Of a stretch of 64,000 nucleotides of DNA, positions 54,129 to 64,000 are shown piece by piece (within the stretch, counting starts at the first letter, position 1; each line of letters opens with the position of its first letter). The stretch lies in assembly GCF_036321535.1 (NCBI RefSeq), contig NC_087447.1, positions 32,552,001 through 32,616,000 on the forward strand, written 5' to 3'. The stretch is from Camelus dromedarius (Eukaryota). The notes beneath the pieces were generated by a model. That model saw only the letters and a program-made list of their open reading frames with translations, made no database searches and was not told the DNA's origin. The position numbers were made by a program, and so were the translations under genes.

Positions 54129-54665
54129 AAAAATAGACTTACCAACCCAGCAATTCCACTTCTGGGCATATATCCAGAAGGAACTTTAATTCAAAAAGAC
54201 ACCTGCACCCCAATGTTCATAGCAGCATGATTTACAATAGCCAAATGGAAACAACCTAAATGTCCATTGACAGATGACTGGATAAAGAACTTGTGGTATA
54301 TAGAATGGAATACTATTCGGGCATAAAAATGGCAACATAATGCCATTTGCAGCAACATGGATGTCCCTGGAGAGTGTCATTCTAAGTAAAGTAAGCCAGA
54401 AAGAGAAAGAAAAATACCGTATGATATCACTCATACGTGGAATCTAAAAAATAAAAAAGAATACAAAGGAACTTAAATATAAAACAGAAACAGACTCACA
54501 GACATAGAATAGAAACTTGTGGTTGCCAGGGGGAGGTGAGTGGGAAGCGATAGACTGGGAGTTTCAGATTTACTGATAGGTATATATAGAATAGATAAAC
54601 AAGTTTATACTGTATGGCACAGGGAAATATATTCAAGATCTTGTAGTAGCTCATGGTGAAAAAGA
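54129..54665 (+). mobile_element. Young L1 3' region lacking its tail
   Basis: cccagcaattccacttctgggcatatatccag...caagatcttgtagtagctca; stops before the family 3' terminus. Confidence 0.9.
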
Positions 54666-56478
54666 CACTGGAACAATCCCTGGGGCTGTAAACAAACTGC
54701 ACCCTCCTCTACTCCAGGAACTCTCAGACATCTGGCCAAGACATTGGACTTCTCATATTTTGTGAGATTGGGTCTGGAGTTCTTTCATTTAGATACTAAG
54801 GCAAAGAGGTCTCAAAATGCTGGAGAATTCGGTGATGTTTGGCCAACGCAAATAACAACTAAGAGTATCTACAGTCGTTCCCATTCATTGCTGTGCTATT
54901 TATTTACTCTTCTAAAAATGAAAGGTTTAAATAGCTCCCTTTAATGTCACAGTGCCCTGACAGTTGATTCTTGACTACTGATGACAGCACCTCAAATTAA
55001 CGCCAGTATCTCACTCTGTATCAAAGTGTAGGTTAGGCCCTAGGTTACTGGCTAAAAGCAAGAAGCATTCTGTTTCCACTTATTATTGAACAATGCTTTG
55101 ACCTAAATCTATTTAAAGTATTTATCTTTTTTTTTCTGATTTCACATGCTATTTGGGCAATTTATATTGGAGATTTTCTCCCTGATGAGGGTAATTCTGT
55201 TGCACTAACAATTATGCCATTTTCATGAGCAGGAGACACACTTATGGTTTGGATACATTACAGTGAAATCCTGGTTGAAGGTTTTTTTTTTTTTTCCTTT
55301 CTCTGGCTTGTTTTAGGGAAAAGACTCTGACCAGGAGATGCAACACAGAAGATGCCTAGGGTAAATAGGAATGAACTAACTGCACACAAAATGCAGTAAT
55401 TACACATTGACTTACACCTTTTTAATGTCCTGTAGCTAGTCTTCATGTCCTTGTAAAAGATCTAAGTATTTGGTAAGAGCAAGGCTTAAATAGTCACTGA
55501 GATTCATAGTAATTAGAACTAATTTGCTTTTCAGGAGCCCTTTCGTTCTTCCAGCTTTCTGAAGGTAAATCACTTGACTTCAGGCTCACAGAAAAGATAA
55601 GCTCAAGAGAAGTTATGACTCAGAAATAGGATGGCCTCAGCCAGTGCTGAGCCAAGAGGGCTACTGAGTTTACCAGTGAGGATCCCAAACCACATCCATC
55701 TGGAGCGTGCGCAAAGTGCTAACAGGTGGCTGACACATCCACGGTCAGAATCTTTGTCTCCTAACTCCCAGGCTAGTGATGTTTCCACTACACAAGTCTT
55801 CCTCTATAATAAAGCCATTAGCATCATCCAGGAGGCTTGAGCAATAGTTGCCTCACTTTTCAGATATTAATGTGCAGATCAACCTCTATCCCTCCAACTT
55901 CCCCTTGAGTGGATGGTCTGCCTGTCTTTTGTCTTTGCCATATTAATTTACTACAGAGTCTTTTGTGTGTCTAAGTTACTTTCCTGTTCAAGATCTTCAG
56001 ATGGTGACTCAACATCTAAGAGAGAAAGTTTCCTAATCTCATTGTAGTATTCAGAGTTTTCTATAATCTAGTAAGCTGGCCATTCAGCTTTACCTTCCAG
56101 TCATAAATATGGTAGGTTCCAATGTGAATTACTTAACTAGTAGTGGGCACCCTACATCTACTATTTCATTTAACCCTATGAAGCAGGCAATATTGTTATC
56201 CTTAGATACCACTGCAGTGTTAGAGAAGTTAAGTAACTGGACCAAAGTGATTCAGTAGGTAGAATTCAAACTCAAGCTATCAGATCAGTCTAGGGGCTTA
56301 ACTCCTGGGCTGTGTTACTTCTTGTCACAAAGCCTGCCCTACCTTTTCAAATTGCTCAGAATCCATTACTTCCCCACCATATATTTGTCCTGTTCTCACA
56401 TTTAAGCCTCTGTTTATCATCTACCACTCACCCAAATTGTCCCTCTTTATTTTCTATCCAACCCCTCCTTTGAAGGCC

Positions 56479-56940
56479 TGTATTAGTTTCCAATTGTTGC
56501 TGTAACAAATTACCATAAATTTAGTGGCTTTCAACAATACACATTTATTACTTTATGGTTCTGGACATCATAAGTTCAAAACTGGGTCTTACAAGGCTAA
56601 AATCATAGTGTTAGCAGGGCTGCATCCCTTCTGGAGAATCTAGGGTTGATCAGCTCTCTGTCTTTTCCAGCATCTAGAAAATGCTGCATTTCTTGGATTG
56701 TGGCAATTATGACTCCTACTTCCATCCTCACATCTCCTCTGACCTTCACTCTTCCATCTTCTCTCTTTGGTAAGGACCCTTGTTAATATATTGGGCCCAC
56801 CCAGATAATCTAGGATAATCTCGTCTTAAGATGCCTTATCACAACTGAAAACTTTATTTTGCCATGTACAGTAATATATTCACAGGTTCCAGGGATTGAT
56901 ACATAGACAACTTTGTAGGATCAGAATTCTGCCTGCCACA
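56479..56940 (-). mobile_element. MLT1 MaLR solo LTR
   Basis: tgtattagtttcc...gctgtaacaaattaccataaatttagtggc...ttctgcctgccaca. Confidence 0.88.
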
Positions 56941-57829
56941 AAGACCAATTCCAGTCCCACCTCCACTCTCAGGGTTTCCCAAAAGGCCCCATCAGCAGAC
57001 TTTTACATTCTGTATCTTATTGCTTGCATCCCCTTAGTTTTGAGAAGTTTCCTTCCTCTTCAGTTCTATGAGTTTGGAAATTGAGCTCTATTTGTTATGG
57101 GCTTGGACTGTCTCATCTGCAACCTTAGAGATTATCCCGTCCAGGGATAGCAAATAGGTTTCATCTTCAATGTCACATTCATATAGTTGGTAGAAGCAGC
57201 TCAAGTTTCTGTGTTGGGGATGATTTTGAGGCTCCTCCTGGTTTCAATGCAAAGAGGGCTGTGATCAGTTAGAATGTTTGCCATGAAGAGAAACGACAGC
57301 TTGAGAACCACATGTTGGTCACTTCTGTTCTCCCATCTTCGTAATACGGACAGGCAATTGGAAAAACGCAACTAGACTTAGCTTTTAAAAAAGGTCTACT
57401 TTGTGTCTGGGACTGTTCTGGTATATTATCTAACTTTGCTTCTTTGACCCTCATAATAAATAGATGTTAGAAGTAGAAAGTAGGGTTCCAAGGGTTTGAG
57501 ACACATGTTCAAATGTCAGGTAGAAGAAATGAGGACAAAAATACAGATCTATCTAATTTCAAATCCAATTCTGTTCACTATGATTAACTTAGGATTTAAA
57601 TGATTTGCACAAGGTCGAATGAAACTAGAAACAGAGTTGGGATTAAAATTACAGTAACTGTATTTCCCCAAAAAAACATAGGTTACAGAAACATTAGGCA
57701 CATGGCTACAATGCAAAATACTAAAAACAAGGACTTCTATAAGAAATCCAAGGTGTATTCTTACTGCAACCAACTATAGACACATAGGGCAGAGTTTTTC
57801 ATTTGTTTGAGTGCTTTTAGAAATGATAG

Positions 57830-58842
57830 GACATCTACAAATCTTGAGCTCCCAATTTATCTCTCCCTATCACCCTGTAACCACAAATTTGTTTTCTATG
57901 TCTGTGAGTCTGTTTCTGTTTTGTAAATAAGTTTGTTTGTCTTTCTTTTTCTTTTTCTCTTTTAGATTCCACATATAAGCGATATCACATGGTATTTTTC
58001 TTTCTCTTTCTGGCTTATACTTCACTTAGAATGAGAATCTCCAGTTCCATCCATGCTGCTGCAAATGGCATTATTTTATTTTTTATGGCTGAGTAGTATT
58101 CCATTGTATATATATACCACATCTTCTTTATCCTGTCAGCTGTTGATAGACCTTTGGGTTGTTTTCATGTCTTGGCTATTGCAAATAGTGCTGCTGTGAA
58201 CATTGGGGTACATGTGTCTTTTCAAATTAGAGTTTCCTCCAGATATATGCCCAGGAGTAGGATTGCTGGATCATATGGTAAGCCTGTTTTTGTTTTTTTT
58301 TGAGAAACCTTCATAGTGGCTGCACCAATTTACATTCCCACTAACAGTGTAGGAGGGTTCCTATTTCTCCACACCCTCTCCAGAATTTATTGTTTGTGAA
58401 CTTTTTAATGACGTCTACATTAAGGACTGATGTGAAGTGATATCTCACTGTAGTTTTGATTTGCATTTCTCTAATAATTAGTCATGTTGAGCATCTTTTC
58501 ATGTGTTTGTTGGCCATCTGGATGTTTTCTTTGGAGAAATATGTATTTAGGTCTTCTGCCCACTTTGTGATTGGGTTGCTTGTTTTTTTGACATTAAGCT
58601 GTTTGTATATTTTGGAAATTAGTCCTTTGTTGGTCGCATCATTTGCAAGTATTTTCTCCTGTTCAGTAGGTTGTCTTTTCGTTTTGTTGATGATATACTT
58701 AGCTGTGCAAAAGCTTTTAAGTTTAATTAGATCCCCCTTGTTTGTTTTTGCTTTTATTTCCATTATTCTAGGAGCTGGTTTGAAAAAAAAATTGCTGTAA
58801 TTTATGTCAAAGAGTGTTCTGCCCATGTTTTCCTCTAGGAGA
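57830..58842 (-). mobile_element. L1 3' region (ORF2 C-terminus + 3'UTR)
   Basis: ORF 58482-58892: LLEENMG...[12 protein letters not shown]...KWAEDLN...[10 protein letters not shown]. Confidence 0.93.
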
Positions 58843-61800
58843 GTAAGGAGCTTCTTATGTCTCAGCCAAACCTGGCTTTGTGCTAGGGACATGGCTACTT
58901 TTATGTATATAATTCACAAAGTGTTTCTTACAGTACATGATCCTTACAACAGCTATATGAAGCAGGTAGGTCAGATATAATTATTTCTTTAGCGATGAGA
59001 GAAATGAGATTCACAGAAGCTAACTTGCCTGACATCACAGAGAAAAATTACGAGAACTCAGCTTTCTCACTCCAGTGACATATCATATGTGATACATAAT
59101 ATACCATGTAACATATCATGTGCCATGTAACATCCAAAGATATACATCATATGGTATATGATATAACATCTCAAATTAATAGAAGAGTCATATAATAAAT
59201 GCAATATATAGGACATTAAATCTTTCATAATCAATGTAATAATAGCTATCACATAAGAAAGCATAATTATATTTTTTAATCAATAATTATATCCATTAAA
59301 AAGAAAACATCAAACTGATCTGTTAGAAAGTAAAATAAGAAAGCAGGCTTATAAGCCTTCCAAACCCCAACGATTTCCTCTTTTGCATTTTCTTCCTGAG
59401 GACAATTAGAATGTCCTAATTTCTCCTTTGGTAAGTGGGTTTTCAGCAGGGTTCCCTCGAGGCCTGGCAAGTTCAGACAGATAGAAGAGAAACTGCATCT
59501 AGGAAAGTGTTAGAAACGAAGGAATTGATCTAAATTCCCTTTTCACAGCCACTCTTCAGTTTATTCAACAACTTTTGGAGACCTAATTTATTAATAAAAT
59601 GCGATGATGCCATTTTGTGTATTCTGACTAGTACCTTCAAAACCAGAAACCAGTGAGATCAACTATAATTCTTTAGGGTACATGATATAAACATTCCATT
59701 TGATAGCATTTCCTTAATTCAAATCTTAAGATTCAGATTTCACTTTCAGGAAAATATAATGATTGATATCACAGGGAAATCTGCAGGTGACACAGCCACA
59801 TAAGGAATTAATTTTTTAAACTGATAGCACGTTACAAATGGAGAGGAAGAAAATCTCCTCTGCCTACTGTTACTTTCTTGTTAAGCAATCTTTTAGAAAC
59901 CCTAGACTTCATCATGAAAGGAATCCCCAGTGGGCAGGGTCATTAACTGAAATCCTTAATATCATTTATCAGTTCAAATTCTTTTGTTCCCATTAAGAAA
60001 AGTCCTCTTTCAAAATATGAGAAAACAGTAAAGGAATGTATCATCTCATATATTTGGAATACCAGAGATAGTGTGGGCTTCAAAATGGTGTTGTGAATGG
60101 ATCAACAGGATCATTAAAGACCTTCATTCTTTCTACGTTTTTATTCTTTCATCTTGAGAGGTTTTTCTTCCTCAGTCTCTGTAGCTGAATAGCTATATCA
60201 TTGTACAATTACACTCAGAGATGACAACATCCAGATGAAGGAGTGCAATGGCCCCACTCTTGGGAGTAAGGAGACATGCCCCAGACTAACTCCCCCTCCA
60301 GCGACTTTCCTTCATGCTTCTTAGGTCAGAAATGTGTCCTGTGAACATCCTTCTACGTAGGTCAGTTACCAGCAAGGGTGTAATAGGGGTTGGGAGTTAA
60401 TCACAATGTCCTTCAAATACCTTATTTCATAATTTTTCTCTGAACCAGAGTAATGCTACTCTACTTATAGCAAGATAAAGCAGATTAAAGAAGGATCAAT
60501 CCTAGCCTAGAACTGAATGTAGATAAAGTAGCGTGTCAAGGTATGGCCCTGAAATAACATGATCAGACCCACAAAAATGTTGTGGTATCTCCCAAAGGAA
60601 GGCAGAGTCAAGTGGATGAAAAGCATAAATCCACCTGGTCTGTGGGCACTGGCTTCCTGTGCCAACGTCCTTTTGTTAGCAGCAGCCATGTAAGGTTATT
60701 TTGATATCTAAGAGTGTAGGAAGCTTTTAATTTTTAACTTTCTTTTGGATGTGGGATTCACCCCATCAAGCTATTAGTTCTATGGAGGAGGAGAAGCAGT
60801 ATTAAAAGTTCCTTTTCTTTGATCTTATCAACTCTGTGTTTTTTTGTGTTGTCCTCATTTGGAGGAAACAGAGAATCCTTAGCTCAACTGTAGAACAAGA
60901 AGGGTCTTTAATCAGAGTAATACAGACATAAGCTCTTTTTGATACCAATAGGCCAAGCAATTTAATACTCAGTCTCCCAATGCCACTGACCACAAATACA
61001 CAGAGATTAAAAAGACTGAAGCCACCCATACTCTCTACTCAAGCATGGATTGAACTGGAAACTCTGAGACTAAAAATGATAGTGATCAGTGGGGACAAAT
61101 ATGGAGGAAAATACAATATACAATCAAGGAAAATAATGTTCCAGTCACAAGGGCTGACACTTCAAATAACAAACTAACTCTATGATGCATAATGCCGGCC
61201 ACATAAATAAAGAAAATATTTTCATGAGCCATCTGGATTCCCATATCACATCATCAAGTCATGTGAAACTAATTTATGGCAAGTATTTCTAACTCCTTAA
61301 CAACTTACTTAGATACAGCCTGGAATTATCATCTCAATTCTGAATTCTGTGTTCCATTTTTAAAGTTGTACTGCTTTGGCTTGAACATTTTCTTTTTTCT
61401 CAATTTAAATGGATGAAGTTATTGATAAGCAGTAGTTATTATTATTTTAGAATGCTTTTATCCTAAGTAAACTTTAAGAGAATTTAAGATGAGAATATCT
61501 AACAAATGAAAGAATCTCTTACAAAAAGATGGAATATGATGATTGATGTGAATGTAATAGAAATGCACAAAACATTACAATGTAGAGTATAATAACTTGT
61601 ATTGCTATTATTAATATTTGACTATCAAGTCTGTCATTAGCACTGGGCAGTAACAAATTCTTCCCTCTTTTTGTTCTCCAGAATCTTTTTATATATCCTT
61701 TAATTACTAAGCTCTTACTTCCAGTTTATTAAGTATTTAGCACAGCGAAGAAAATAATAAGACAGAAATCCACTCTTGAATTGTTCGGTGTTGTCAAGAT

Positions 61801-62239
61801 GAACAAAATCTTTACACATTTTCCGAGTTACATGGGAATAAGAGCCAAATAGTATGGTGAAAACCTTGTACATGACAATGAGGAGAAACTTGTTTCTGCT
61901 TTTGTTTCTGGAATTCCAGTGGATTTCCTTCTCATAATAAAGCCTCATTTCAGACCTTAGGGCTTTGGTGGAAATGGCTCTACAGTTTTATTACCTGAAA
62001 AGAATAATGCTGCCTATATGATTCCTTCAGAGAGCTTCTTTTTCGAAGAGATAATGTGAACAAAATGAGACCTCTCTTACAGGGTAAAAGGACTAAGGAC
62101 CACACAATGAATAGCAAAGAGGAGTATGGTGGAAGATTACAGGGTGTCCTGCTTCAGGAAACTAACTTTAGTGTAAACTTTTAAGGAGATACAATCAATA
62201 GTGGAGAGAGGAAGTAACAAGAGACGACTTGGGCAATGA

Positions 62240-62690
62240 GCTGAGTTTTCACTGCCAGGCTATAACATTAGTTTGCAGAAGACTGTCCTTTGATTTTAAG
62301 AGTCTGCTTGGATAACCACTTAGATGTCTAATCGCCATTTCATACTGAGCATGCCCCAAATTTAACTCTTGATTTACTCTACCTTCAAAGTGGCTTCTCC
62401 CCTGAATTTTATTTGAATAAACAGCACTGTGGCTATGGCTCAATACCCAAGAGTTGCCTTGCTTTACTTATTTTTCTCATACTAGACTTCCAATTCATTA
62501 AGTCTTGTAGTTTTTATCTTTAAAATATGCTGTGAACCAGACCACTATCTACCACTTCACTATGTAGCAAATCTAACACATTAATCAGATTTACCATCTT
62601 CTCTCATTTAGATTATTATAATTCCCAAATCTCCTTCTTGTTCCTACACTTGCCTCCTAGAGTCAATTCCCTAACCGACAATTAAGGTAA
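62240..62690 (+). mobile_element. L2 fragment
   Basis: cacttagatgtctaatcgccatttcatactgagcatgccccaaatttaactcttga. Confidence 0.7.
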
Positions 62691-64000
62691 TTTTTTAAGT
62701 TGAAGTATAGTTAATGTCTAATGTTCTGTTAGTTTCAGGTGTATAACACAGTGATTCAACATTTAAATACATTATGAAATCACTGCAGTCTAGTAATACA
62801 TCTGTCCCCTTAGAAATTTATTACAGTATTATTGAACATATTTCTTATGCTCTATATTACATCTTTGTGGCTTACTTATTTTTTCACTAGAATTTTGTGC
62901 CTCTTAATTCCCTTCACCTATTTTGCCAATTCCCCTACCCTCCTCCACTCTGGCAACCACAAGTTTGTTCTCTGTATCTGTGAGTTTGTTTTCATTTTGT
63001 TTTGCATGTTTGTTTGGTTTGTTTTTTAGATAAAAACATTCACATAAAAGTGAGATCATAGATATTTGTCTTTCTCTGTATGACTTATTTCTCTTACCAT
63101 AATATGCTTCAGATCCATCCATTTTATCTCAAATGGTAAGATTTCATCCTTTTTTATGGCTAAGTAATATTCCATTGTCCATATACCATATCTTGCTTAT
63201 CCATTCATCTGTTGATGGACACTTAGGATGCTTCTATATCTTGACTATTGTAAATAATGTTGCAATAAAAATAGGGCTGCATATATCCTTACAAATTAGA
63301 GTTTTGTTTTCTTTGGGTGAATACCTAGAAGTGAAATTGCTAGATCATATGGTAATTCTAGTTTTTAATTATTTGAGGAATCTCCATACTGTTTTCCATG
63401 GTAGCTGCACCAATTTACAATTCAATCAACAGTGCATAAAAATTCCCTTTTCTCCACACTCTCACCAACATTTGATGTTTCTTGTCTTTTGGATGATAGC
63501 CATTTTGACAGGTGTGAGATGATATCTAATTGTGGTTTTGATTTGCATTTTCCTAGTAATTAGTGATGTTGAGCATCTTTTATGTGTTTTTTGGCCATTG
63601 CATGTCTTCTTTGGAAAAATGTCTATTCAAGTCCTCTGCCCATTTTTTAAATAGATGATTTGTTTATATAATATTGAGTTATATGAATTCTTTCTACATT
63701 TTGTATAGTAAACTCTTATCAGAGATGTCATTTGCATATCTTATCCCATTAGTAGGTGGCCTATTCATTTTGTTGATGGTTTCCTTTGCTGTGCCAAGGC
63801 TTTTCAGTTTGATATAGTCTCATTTGTTTATTTTTGCTTTTGTTTCCCTTGCCTGTGGACACAAATGCAAAAACATATTGCTAAGACCAATGTCAAAGAA
63901 CACACTGCCTATGTTTTCTTCTAGAATTTTTATCATTTCAGGTCTTACATTTAATTTTTAATCCATTTTGAATTTATGTTTGTACATGGTGTGAGAAAGT
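62691..64000 (-). mobile_element. L1 (L1MA-like) 3' end, runs off window
   Basis: T-rich tail, ccattcatctgttgatggacacttagg, gatgttgagcatctttt, ORF2 C-terminal remnants. Confidence 0.93.

Noticed and set aside
59075..59270. AT-rich quasi-periodic atatcat/atgtaac stretch and ORF 59067-59264
   Set aside because: Degenerate low-complexity repeat; no stable unit or coding signal.

Overview
Mammalian genomic DNA, probably camelid (inferred from a Vic-1-like tRNA-derived SINE and a repeated young L1 3' end). It is intronic or intergenic: no host protein-coding exon is recognisable, and most of the ORF track is noise or repeat-derived. The main feature is a decayed full-length class I (gamma-like) endogenous provirus on the minus strand (~42.5-51.4 kb), organised LTR-PBS(Thr-like)-long leader-gag-pro/pol-env-PPT-LTR. 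Its gag/pol resemble the HERV-E/ERV3 group while its env TM resembles HERV-H/W/RDR-type envelopes. Between pol and env lies an intact 45-codon hydrophobic ORF that the ORF track misses, which is the best candidate for something undescribed. The rest is L1, L2, MIR, MaLR/ERV solo LTRs, DNA transposon fossils and microsatellites, plus a few candidate splice and enhancer signals. Repeat family names are from memory of consensus sequences, and old-repeat boundaries are approximate.
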